DNA of 56,382 nucleotides, taken from the IMG/VR virus record IMGVR_UViG_3300049919_000129, positions 1-56,382 of that record; one strand, given 5' to 3'. A program made the translations under genes and the position numbers. The DNA comes from a virus (lineage: Duplodnaviria; Caudoviricetes). The notes beneath the pieces were generated by a model. The model worked only from the letters and a program-made list of their open reading frames with translations. It was not told the DNA's origin and did no database searches. Positions 35,682 through 43,858 of this stretch are shown piece after piece; position 1 is the first letter of the stretch, and every line of letters begins with the position of its first letter.

Positions 35682-36647
35682 ATGAACAAGCATTCTTTTA
35701 TCGTAGGCCAGTCCTTTGTCAATCTCACCAACACGGAAACCGGAAATTCGGTGACCATCACGGAAGGGGACTCCAATTTCAAAATCGCAATCGACATGAT
35801 TCGTGCGGAAAAGTTCGATGAACTGGAACTGCTTCTCGACAAGAAAGTTGCAGTTGCCGCCAACATTGTCGAGACCGGATCGACAAATGATATTAAGGTG
35901 TCATTCGAAAACGGTCAGGTCGTATATCGCTACAAGGGCGCTAGTCCCGTTCCGCTGTCAAATGCCATCGTTGATCGAATCATTTCCATGTCTGCCGATG
36001 GGTTCAACATCAAGCCGATGTGCATGTTCCTTGAGAACCTGCTGTCAAACCCTTCACAAACTGCGATCAACGAACTTTACCTGTTCCTTGAGGCATGCAA
36101 GCTTCCTATCACGGAAGATGGTTATTTCATCGCATACAAGATTGTCCATTCTGATTACATGGATATCTACAGCAAGACGATGGATAACTCTGTTGGTAAG
36201 GTTCTTGAAATGCCGCGCTTTGAGGTTGATGCAAACCGCAACAACACCTGCTCTCGTGGTCTGCATTTCTGCAGCAAGGCTTATCTTAGCTCGTATGGCT
36301 CTGGGTCGAAAGCCGAGGATCGTGCAATGCTGGTGAAAATCAATCCTGCCGATGTTGTGTCTATTCCATCTGACTACAACAATGCCAAGGGCCGCGCATG
36401 GCGCTACGAAGTTGTTGGTGAGGTTCCTGCTGGCTGGCGTGCCACTCTTCCGCAGGTAGATTACACTGCTTCTTCCGTGGTCGATACCTTCGGCAACGAT
36501 TTTGCTGACAGCTATGACGATAACTACTTTTTCAACGCTGTGACGCAACGTTGGCAGGATTCCGATGGTGGTCGCATGGTTAGTCGTGCGAAGGTTATGC
36601 AGGAACGTGGCTGTACCCTTGAAGAACTGAAAGAAATGGAGGAGTAA
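35682..36647 (+). CDS. rIIB: RIIB protein
   Basis: NPS..A..ELY.FL, ITEDG.FIAYK, CSRGLH, VKINPADVVSIP.DY..AKGR. Confidence 0.92.
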   Translation: MNKHSFIVGQSFVNLTNTETGNSVTITEGDSNFKIAIDMIRAEKFDELELLLDKKVAVAANIVETGSTNDIKVSFENGQVVYRYKGASPVPLSNAIVDRIISMSADGFNIKPMCMFLENLLSNPSQTAINELYLFLEACKLPITEDGYFIAYKIVHSDYMDIYSKTMDNSVGKVLEMPRFEVDANRNNTCSRGLHFCSKAYLSSYGSGSKAEDRAMLVKINPADVVSIPSDYNNAKGRAWRYEVVGEVPAGWRATLPQVDYTASSVVDTFGNDFADSYDDNYFFNAVTQRWQDSDGGRMVSRAKVMQERGCTLEELKEMEE

Positions 36648-36648
36648 T

Positions 36649-36885
36649 TTGTCTGACGAAGTAAATCACCCAAAACATTACACTTCGCACCCTAGTGGTG
36701 TGGAGTGTATTGAAATCACAGAGCATTATTGCTTTTCCGTTGGTAATGCGATAAAATATCTGTGGCGAGCAGGTCTTAAGGAAGATGCAGATAAGACCTC
36801 TTCTGAGAAGGAGATACAGGATTGCGAGAAGGCAGTCTGGTACATTAAACGTCATATTGAAAAATTACAAAAGGAACAAAAATGA
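36649..36885 (+). CDS. DUF3310-family protein
   Basis: VNHPKHY, VECIEI, GNAIKYLWRAG.K, KAVWYI. Confidence 0.85.
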   Translation: MSDEVNHPKHYTSHPSGVECIEITEHYCFSVGNAIKYLWRAGLKEDADKTSSEKEIQDCEKAVWYIKRHIEKLQKEQK

Positions 36886-37133
36886 AAAAAGGCCCAAATA
36901 AGCAAAAAGCATGGCGAACCCTCGGTAAAGGTCGCAAAGGTAAATTCATGGAGTCTAATATGCCAGCATATCCGTCGTATAAGATTCAAGAGCTTTTCGT
37001 TCGTGCTATTCAAGCTGGAACCATCTTTGAAGCGCCGAAGACGAAACGCCAGTTGGCTAGGGATGCTGCGATGGCAGTACAGGCGGCTGCAGCAGCACCG
37101 GCGCAAGAACAAACTTTAGAAGTCACGGAATAG
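36882..37133 (+). CDS. Hypothetical basic protein
   Basis: 83-aa ORF in operon. Confidence 0.55.
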   Translation: MKKGPNKQKAWRTLGKGRKGKFMESNMPAYPSYKIQELFVRAIQAGTIFEAPKTKRQLARDAAMAVQAAAAAPAQEQTLEVTE

Positions 37134-37140
37134 GGAATAT

Positions 37141-37812
37141 ATGTCACTCAAATTTAGCAAAGAAACATTGAGCCTCCTAAAAACTTTCTCCACAATCAAC
37201 AATAACCTTTTATTCAAACCCGGTAATAAGATTTCGACAATGGCTGCTGCCAAAGACATCATGGCAGAGGTTGAAGTTGCTGAGACATTCAATAAGGAAG
37301 GTGGTATTTTTAATCTTCCGGAATTGCTTGGGGTTATCTCCCTTTTCCCATCGCCGGAAATTGTTATGGAAGACCGATTTATGACAATCAAGGAAGGTAA
37401 GAATAAGATCAAGTACGTTTATGCCGATGCCTCGCTACTGACCGTCCCGACAAAGTCGATCAACATGCCTGCAGCAGAAATTAGCTTTACCCTAACTTCT
37501 GCGGTGCTGGTCAAGATTCAGAAAGCTTCTGCTGCACTATCAGTAGCCGATCTGGTGTTCCGTGGTGACGGCAAGAATATTATTGCATCCGTCCTTGATG
37601 CTAAGAACCCAACATCAAACAACTTTGATATCGATCTGGAAACCGCAACAGGAGAGACCTTCGAAGTGTTCTTTAAGGTTGATCGACTTAAAATGCCAGT
37701 TGCTTATGATTACACCGTCGACATTTCATCGAAGATGATTTCAAAATTTCATGCAAAGGATATCAAACTCACTATGTGGGTTGCGGTAGAAGGCACATCC
37801 AAGTTCAATTGA
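37141..37812 (+). CDS. 45: Sliding clamp gp45
   Basis: KETL.LLK.FS.IN, GIFNL.E.L, Y.V.IS motifs; precedes gp44. Confidence 0.93.
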   Translation: MSLKFSKETLSLLKTFSTINNNLLFKPGNKISTMAAAKDIMAEVEVAETFNKEGGIFNLPELLGVISLFPSPEIVMEDRFMTIKEGKNKIKYVYADASLLTVPTKSINMPAAEISFTLTSAVLVKIQKASAALSVADLVFRGDGKNIIASVLDAKNPTSNNFDIDLETATGETFEVFFKVDRLKMPVAYDYTVDISSKMISKFHAKDIKLTMWVAVEGTSKFN

Positions 37813-37837
37813 TCAATTCGCTTTGTAGGGGAACAAA

Positions 37838-38785
37838 ATGGATGTGAATCCTAATGAGTATATTTGGTGTCAAAAGTACAGACCAAAGCGAACATCGGAG
37901 ACAATCCTACCAGCTGCAACGAAAATTGCAGTTGATGGATTTATTTCTCAGGGTAGAATACCGTCCATGCTTCTCAAGGGCAGTGCCGGAACCGGTAAGA
38001 CGACATTGGCAATGGCATTGTGTGAGGAGTTGGGTGCGGATTACATTATTATAAATGCATCAAGTGAGAGCGGTATCGATACCTTTCGTATCAGAATTAC
38101 CCAGTTTGCATCTACTATGTCATTCAGCGATGCCAAGAAAGTGGTCATCCTAGACGAGGCAGATTCAATGTCTCCTCAAATGCAATCCGCCCTTCGTGCT
38201 GGTATGGAAGCAGTGTCCGGTAATTGTTCGTTCATCCTGACCTGTAACTTCCCATCCCGTATCATAGAACCGATTCACAGCAGATGCTCGTTTTTGGATT
38301 TCCAAATCCCATCCTCTGAAAAGCCTTTGTTGGCTATGCAGTTTTTCCGCAGGGTGTGTAATATCCTAGAATTGGAGGGTATCGAGTATGATAAACCGGT
38401 AGTCATCGAACTGGTCAACAAATACTTTCCTGACTTTCGTAGATGCTTAAATGAGTTGCAAAAATATGCTTCTTCTGGTAGAATAGATGCTGGTATCTTA
38501 GTTAGTGTTAGTGAGGCATCATTTACCGAGTTGCTAGAGACCTTGAAGGCAAAGAAGTTTAATTCCATGCGGACTTGGGTTGTTAAAAACTCTGACATGG
38601 ACCCGAATATGTTATTTCGTTGGTTTTATGATAATGCGGCTGATGTTATGCAACCAAAGATTCTACCTGAGTTGATCATACTGATTAATGATTATTCATT
38701 TAAATCAAGTCAGGTTATGGATCAGTCTATAAACCTAGCAGCATTTTTGACAGAGGTCATGTCTTTGAATGTGGAGTGGAAGTGA
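37838..38785 (+). CDS. 44: Clamp loader large subunit gp44
   Basis: KYRP, GSAGTGKTT, LDEAD, SRC, FPDFRR. Confidence 0.96.
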   Translation: MDVNPNEYIWCQKYRPKRTSETILPAATKIAVDGFISQGRIPSMLLKGSAGTGKTTLAMALCEELGADYIIINASSESGIDTFRIRITQFASTMSFSDAKKVVILDEADSMSPQMQSALRAGMEAVSGNCSFILTCNFPSRIIEPIHSRCSFLDFQIPSSEKPLLAMQFFRRVCNILELEGIEYDKPVVIELVNKYFPDFRRCLNELQKYASSGRIDAGILVSVSEASFTELLETLKAKKFNSMRTWVVKNSDMDPNMLFRWFYDNAADVMQPKILPELIILINDYSFKSSQVMDQSINLAAFLTEVMSLNVEWK

Positions 38786-39036
38786 AGGCGCATAATCCAT
38801 TAAAGGCGATGCTGTATATAACAGTTGAGGGAAAATGGTATAACGTAGAAGATTTTTCTTTAATTGTTGGCTTCCATCTTAAGCTGGCTGGCGTTGATTT
38901 CAGAACATCATCCGACCTAGCTGATTGCTTGCTAGAATTGGTTAGATCACATTTTGTTGAAGTGCATCCAACCAATGATTTGCGGGTTAGGATTCGCCCG
39001 TATTGGTTTGGAGAGAGCGATGCCGACGCCGTTTGA
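38776..39036 (+). CDS. Hypothetical protein between gp44 and gp62
   Basis: 86-aa ORF overlapping both neighbours. Confidence 0.4.
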   Translation: MEVKAHNPLKAMLYITVEGKWYNVEDFSLIVGFHLKLAGVDFRTSSDLADCLLELVRSHFVEVHPTNDLRVRIRPYWFGESDADAV

Positions 39037-39412
39037 ATATGTTAGGTCTTATTCTGATAAACAGGGAGACCTTATGCTAACCGAAAAGGATGAGGAGGAT
39101 TACACACCATTCACAATTAATACCATCATGTCTCTAATGCCAGACACGATCTTTTTTGCAAATGAAATAAATCGCATGTGGCGACTCGATAACAAGTTGC
39201 AACACGATTTCTACTATTGCGGAATACCGAAAGGGAAGAGGTCATACAAATGGCAAAAGAAAGAAATCGATCATGATGATATTCTCCTAGTGTCCGAATT
39301 TTTCACGATAAATAAAACGAAAGCATCCAAGTATTTGGAAATTCTTTCTGTTGATCAACTAAAAATAATTCGTGAAAAAATGGATAAAGGCGGGAGAAAT
39401 GGAAAAGCATGA
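39020..39412 (+). CDS. 62: Clamp loader small subunit gp62
   Basis: PFEY, Y.PF.IN..S..DT.F.ANE.N, LQHDF, KGG; start ATG 39020. Confidence 0.88.
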   Translation: MPTPFEYVRSYSDKQGDLMLTEKDEEDYTPFTINTIMSLMPDTIFFANEINRMWRLDNKLQHDFYYCGIPKGKRSYKWQKKEIDHDDILLVSEFFTINKTKASKYLEILSVDQLKIIREKMDKGGRNGKA

Positions 39413-39791
39413 TGTGGGGATCAAGGTAACTCTGGTTAAGCCAGATAACTTTTTGTTATGCAAGGAAACCTTAAGTCGCATTGGGGTTTCCAATAACAAA
39501 GAAAGGCGACTTTATCAGACAGCACATATTTTGCACCGAAAGGGCAATTATTATATCTGTCATTTCAAGTCGCTCTTTGAACTTGATGGTAAGCCTTCTA
39601 CGATATCACCAGATGATATTTTAAGAAGAAATACCATCACTAAATTGTTGCATGATTGGGGGCTTCTGATCATAGACGATCTAACGTTAGTAACTGATCG
39701 AGCGCCCATGTCGGCAATAAAGATTCTACCCTTCGGTGAAAAGGGTAAATGGCAGTTGATTGAGAAGTATTCACTTGGCAATAAATATTGA
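39399..39791 (+). CDS. regA: Translational repressor RegA
   Basis: DNFL..KETLSRIGV, LYQ..HILH..G.YYI.HFK.LF.LDG, RRNTI..LL.DWGL. Confidence 0.95.
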   Translation: MEKHDVGIKVTLVKPDNFLLCKETLSRIGVSNNKERRLYQTAHILHRKGNYYICHFKSLFELDGKPSTISPDDILRRNTITKLLHDWGLLIIDDLTLVTDRAPMSAIKILPFGEKGKWQLIEKYSLGNKY

Positions 39792-39813
39792 TTTTAACTT
39801 TGGAGAAAACAAA

Positions 39814-39972
39814 ATGGAAGAAACCCTAAAATTCGAATTCACTGCAGCACAAGCAAACCTAATCCTCGCAGCTTTGGGTAAATTGCCTGCTGAGACCAGC
39901 ATGAACCTGATTCTTGAGATTCAGAAGCAGGCACAGCCGCAGCTAACGGTTCCCGAACCAGAAGCTGAGTGA
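39814..39972 (+). CDS. Small hypothetical protein
   Basis: GGAG RBS; N.IL.ALG.LP motif. Confidence 0.55.
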   Translation: MEETLKFEFTAAQANLILAALGKLPAETSMNLILEIQKQAQPQLTVPEPEAE

Positions 39973-40080
39973 TAATGGATTGGTTTAAGGGAACCTAAGC
40001 GAAAGCAGACAAAATCCCTTCGGTATGCCTAATTCTAGGGTGCCGTATTTCAATCTTGCTATAACTATAGGAGAAGCACT

Positions 40081-40509
40081 ATGTCACAAAATTTTCTTTC
40101 ACGATTTCCGTCAATGGTTGGATTTGACGATATGTTCCACACAATGGACTCATTCATCGAATCAGCCAAGAGCAATGCCAAGAGTATTGCTCAAATTTGG
40201 CCACCGTATAACGTGGTAAAGACTGGGGATCGCACTTATTCAATTCAGATGGCTCTGGCTGGATTCTCGAAAACGGATATTGAATTGGAACTCGATGGTT
40301 CCCTTCTCAAAGTGAAGGGCGAAACTAAACCTTCATCGGAAGTAGAATATCTGCATAAAGGAAGTGCGGAGCGTGCCTTTGAACGAAAGTTCACTTTGGC
40401 CGATTCTGTTGAGATTAAGAACGCAGAATTGATCAATGGAATTCTGGAGATCACCCTAGAAAACCAGATCAAGGCGATTGATGCAGTGAAGAAAATCGCA
40501 GTAAAGTAA
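40081..40509 (+). CDS. Small heat shock protein Hsp20 (IbpA-like)
   Basis: GFD, PPYNV, ALAGF, YLHKG.A.RAF.R.FTL, NGIL.I. Confidence 0.93.
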   Translation: MSQNFLSRFPSMVGFDDMFHTMDSFIESAKSNAKSIAQIWPPYNVVKTGDRTYSIQMALAGFSKTDIELELDGSLLKVKGETKPSSEVEYLHKGSAERAFERKFTLADSVEIKNAELINGILEITLENQIKAIDAVKKIAVK

Positions 40510-40525
40510 TTTAGGGTTATTCCCG

Positions 40526-40552
40526 ATGGGGCTTCGGCCCCATTTTCTTTTT
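40526..40552 (+). terminator. Intrinsic terminator
   Basis: ATGGGGC-TTCG-GCCCCAT followed by TTTCTTTTT. Confidence 0.85.
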
Positions 40553-40561
40553 GAGGGTTTT

Positions 40562-40753
40562 ATGTTATTGGTGCTTCTCGATCCTGTTGAATTTGGTGAA
40601 TGGACTTTTAAAGCATCCGTAAATCAAGATATCCACAACATTATGGTGTTAGCTTTCAATCGAGTATCGCATCAATGTGAGGTCAGGTATTTTGGCTCGG
40701 ACTTTGTGGCTAACGTGTGGATGGAGCGAAAGATGCGCGGAGAGTCGTTATAA
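40562..40753 (+). CDS. Hypothetical protein
   Basis: GAGG RBS before ATG 40562. Confidence 0.45.
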   Translation: MLLVLLDPVEFGEWTFKASVNQDIHNIMVLAFNRVSHQCEVRYFGSDFVANVWMERKMRGESL

Positions 40754-40853
40754 TTTATTCAATGAAAACAACGAGTTGGTGAAAAGCTTCCAATATTAAT
40801 AACTTAGTGTATAATTAAATTCATTCCATCGAATCAACACGCGGAGAACTGAC

Positions 40854-42059
40854 ATGACTACCAAGACCATCATCCTCAAGGAAGAAGCGATTCCTAAGAT
40901 GAACGAGTACATCGCCAAGGTGAATGCTCGTGCGCACAAGATCGGCCAAGCCTTCATCGAAGCAGTTGAAGTCTCCCGTGAAATGGTTCCGAACAAGCCT
41001 GCTCAGTGTGATTGCACTAAGAACCCAATCGTAACTTACACCTGCATGGTCACCATTGAAATTCGTGGCGAAACTCCGAAGATCAATGGTTGGGACTTTG
41101 TTGCTCGCATCGAACACGATTCGACTCTTGGTAACATCCTTCGTGTGGCTCCGGGTCAATCCCTTCCGCGTGAATTTTGGGAGCGTGATTGCCTGTGTGA
41201 CCATTGCAACACGAAGCGCGTTCGCAAGGACACCTTCATTCTTCGTAATGCTGCTGGTGAGTACAAGCAGATTGGTCGCCAGTGTGTTCGTGACTTCATT
41301 GGTTATGACAATCCGGCTGATATGTACTGGTGGGTTGGTATCATGGACACCATCGAGTCTGAGTGTGACGGTTGGAATGGCTCGGTTCGCGAAGCTCCTT
41401 TGTTTAGCGTCGTTGAGGTTCTTTCCACTGCGATCTCCACCATCAAGTTGTTTGGTTATGTCTCGACTCGTATGGTCGAAGAAGGTCGCGCCAATGTGAC
41501 TACAGCTTCGTATGTTCGTGACACGTACATGCACTACCCTAACGGAAAGCCACAACACGTTGTCGACATTCTCAACGGTGTTGCAGATGTAAAGGAAGCT
41601 GCAGAACGAGTTCTTGCTTGGATTTCCGGTTGGGATGATGTCACCAAACAACAGTCTGAATTCAACTTCAACGTTTCCAAGATGGTTGCAGCAGACTTCT
41701 GCCGTGGTCGTGACTTTGGTCTTATTGCTTGCCTCCAGACGATGTATATGAAGGCAATGGACCAGCTTTCTGCCTCTTCGGTGGTTCGTTCTAACATGCA
41801 CATCGGTGAAGTTGGAAAGAAGATTGAGACCACTGCCACCATCAAGACCGTGTTCGCGATGAGTGGTTTTTACGGTGTTACTAACCTCGTCATTCTTGAG
41901 GATGCTGCTGGTAATTGTTTTAAGTGGAACGCATCTAATCTTGGTGATTTTGCTAAGGATGATGTTGTTTCTCTCAATGGCATCGTCAAGGCGCATGATG
42001 AGTACAAAGGTCGCAACCAAACCGTTATCACCCGCGCCAAGCTCGCCATTTTGTCGTAA
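40854..42059 (+). CDS. Conserved phage protein with Zn-binding Cys motifs and C-terminal OB-like domain
   Basis: GW.FVA.IEH, CDHC...R.RKDT, QIG..C; C-terminal G.VK.H.EY.G..QT.ITR. Confidence 0.65.
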   Translation: MTTKTIILKEEAIPKMNEYIAKVNARAHKIGQAFIEAVEVSREMVPNKPAQCDCTKNPIVTYTCMVTIEIRGETPKINGWDFVARIEHDSTLGNILRVAPGQSLPREFWERDCLCDHCNTKRVRKDTFILRNAAGEYKQIGRQCVRDFIGYDNPADMYWWVGIMDTIESECDGWNGSVREAPLFSVVEVLSTAISTIKLFGYVSTRMVEEGRANVTTASYVRDTYMHYPNGKPQHVVDILNGVADVKEAAERVLAWISGWDDVTKQQSEFNFNVSKMVAADFCRGRDFGLIACLQTMYMKAMDQLSASSVVRSNMHIGEVGKKIETTATIKTVFAMSGFYGVTNLVILEDAAGNCFKWNASNLGDFAKDDVVSLNGIVKAHDEYKGRNQTVITRAKLAILS

Positions 42060-42068
42060 AGGAATAAT

Positions 42069-43388
42069 ATGTCTATCTTAAAAATCATCGAAGAAATTGC
42101 AGGCACCGCAAGTAAACTCACCAAGGAGTCGATTATTCTCCGCGAAAAGGACAACGAAACCCTGAAAAGGGTTTTCGTTGCCGCGTACAATCCTCGTGTG
42201 GTTTATGGCATTAAGGCTATCCCACAGCCTATCAAGTCACCAGAGAGAATCAACCTGCAGTACGCTTTAAACAAGCTTTCAGACTTCTCTGATAGGGTTG
42301 TATCTGGCGGCGCTGCCACGGAATTGCTCGCCAAATTACTCGGCCAACTGGAAGAAGATGATGCTGTTGTTCTTTCAAGAATCATCCTTCGCGACCTTCG
42401 AATGGGGTGTTCCGATTCGACTATTAACAAGGTACATTCTGGATTGATATCTGAATATCCATACATGCGATATAACCTTTTCAGTAAGGTCAAACATGCC
42501 AACTACACTTGGAAGGACGGCGTGTATGCGCAGACTAAAATGGATGGTATGTGGACTTCGGTAAACCATCACACAGACGGTACTGTAACAGGTCTAACTC
42601 GGCAAGGTGGTGAGCAACCAGAGAAGTTCTTTTCTGACATTTTTAAGCACATCAAGACTTTTTTCCCTGCTGGGTATCAGTATCATGGGGAAGTTCTCGT
42701 TGATCATAATGGCAAGTATCTTCCACGAGAAGAGGGTAATGGGATAACCAACTCCATTGCAAAGGGTGGAGAACTCCCTTCTGGTATGAAATTGGTGTAT
42801 GTAATTTGGGATGCTGTTCCGATATCTCATATCGATTCTGGGGTCTCTAACACTAGATATTCTGTTAGGTTCTCGTTGATGAATTCATTGCATTATTCGG
42901 ATGTGGTCAAATTGGCGAAAACGAAAGTGGTGAATTCAATGAAGGGTGCATTTGTTGTCTATAACGAAGCTCTTGCTGCTGGGGAAGAGGGGATCATGTT
43001 GAAGAGTGGTGATCTTCCTTGGAAGGATCATACAACGTCACTTGGTGCCAAGTTAAAGTTGTCTGTTGATGTTGATTTGAAGATCGTTGGATTCACTGAG
43101 GGCAATGGCAAATATGCAGACCTTTTTGGTGCTGTCATGTGCGAGACCTCTGATGGTCTGTTGAAGGTGAATGTGAGCGGGTTTAAGGAAGATGTTCGTA
43201 AACAGATTCATGCAACTCGTGCAGCCCTGCTTGGTACGATCATGACGGTGACCGGAAATGAAGTGATGCTAGGCACTCCTGCATCGATCTTTTTGCCCCG
43301 CTTCGCAGAACTCCGGGCGGATAAGAAAACTGCAGACACGCTCCAACAGGTTATCGATCAGTTTGAAAATGCCAAGCAAGGAAAGTGA
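42069..43388 (+). CDS. 30: ATP-dependent DNA ligase
   Basis: KMDG active site, HGE, WDA, EEGIMLK, FLPRF..R.DK. Confidence 0.92.
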   Translation: MSILKIIEEIAGTASKLTKESIILREKDNETLKRVFVAAYNPRVVYGIKAIPQPIKSPERINLQYALNKLSDFSDRVVSGGAATELLAKLLGQLEEDDAVVLSRIILRDLRMGCSDSTINKVHSGLISEYPYMRYNLFSKVKHANYTWKDGVYAQTKMDGMWTSVNHHTDGTVTGLTRQGGEQPEKFFSDIFKHIKTFFPAGYQYHGEVLVDHNGKYLPREEGNGITNSIAKGGELPSGMKLVYVIWDAVPISHIDSGVSNTRYSVRFSLMNSLHYSDVVKLAKTKVVNSMKGAFVVYNEALAAGEEGIMLKSGDLPWKDHTTSLGAKLKLSVDVDLKIVGFTEGNGKYADLFGAVMCETSDGLLKVNVSGFKEDVRKQIHATRAALLGTIMTVTGNEVMLGTPASIFLPRFAELRADKKTADTLQQVIDQFENAKQGK

Positions 43389-43417
43389 TTGACTTTCCGA
43401 GTCAGATCGGATAAAAT
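43389..43417 (+). promoter_or_regulatory. sigma70 promoter upstream of the gp43 operon
   Basis: TTGACT-N17-TAAAAT with TCCGA...TCGGA inverted repeat in the spacer. Confidence 0.7.
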
Positions 43418-43439
43418 AAATTTTATTTGGAGGATGCAT

Positions 43440-43667
43440 ATGTCGAAATATACGTTCATGCAACAAGATGGTTCTGTTAAAGTTACCGTTGAGGTTGAAA
43501 GTGATGAAAGCGATGCTTGGTCTGGTCATTCCGGCCCGATGTGGAATTTCTTTGACTTTCTTAAGGGCTGTGGTTTCATCTTTAACCCGTCTGATGAAAT
43601 TGGCATTATGAGGTATAATGAAGACGGTACCACAGAATTCATTTCTGCTTCTAGGTGGGAGCCATAA
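43440..43667 (+). CDS. Hypothetical protein
   Basis: GGAGG RBS; FFDFLKGCGF motif. Confidence 0.6.
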   Translation: MSKYTFMQQDGSVKVTVEVESDESDAWSGHSGPMWNFFDFLKGCGFIFNPSDEIGIMRYNEDGTTEFISASRWEP

Positions 43668-43858
43668 TGTCAGGTAAAGTTGTGGATTCAATTTTCGCAA
43701 ACATCAATTCTTTGCCCAATGCAACCTCGATTAAGAAGCTTCTTTATCTCAAGCTTGAGATTGAATTTGGAGCAAAGCGATGTGAAAATTATGACGATTG
43801 GAATCCAGCAAAACCATCACAAGACCAACAAGAAACTATAACCCTAGAAGGAAATTGA
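43667..43858 (+). CDS. Hypothetical protein
   Basis: Coupled start/stop with neighbours. Confidence 0.45.
   Translation: MSGKVVDSIFANINSLPNATSIKKLLYLKLEIEFGAKRCENYDDWNPAKPSQDQQETITLEGN

Noticed and set aside
40821-42020. 399-aa antisense ORF
   Set aside because: Mirrors a plus-strand gene with strong codon bias; no RBS or recognisable motifs
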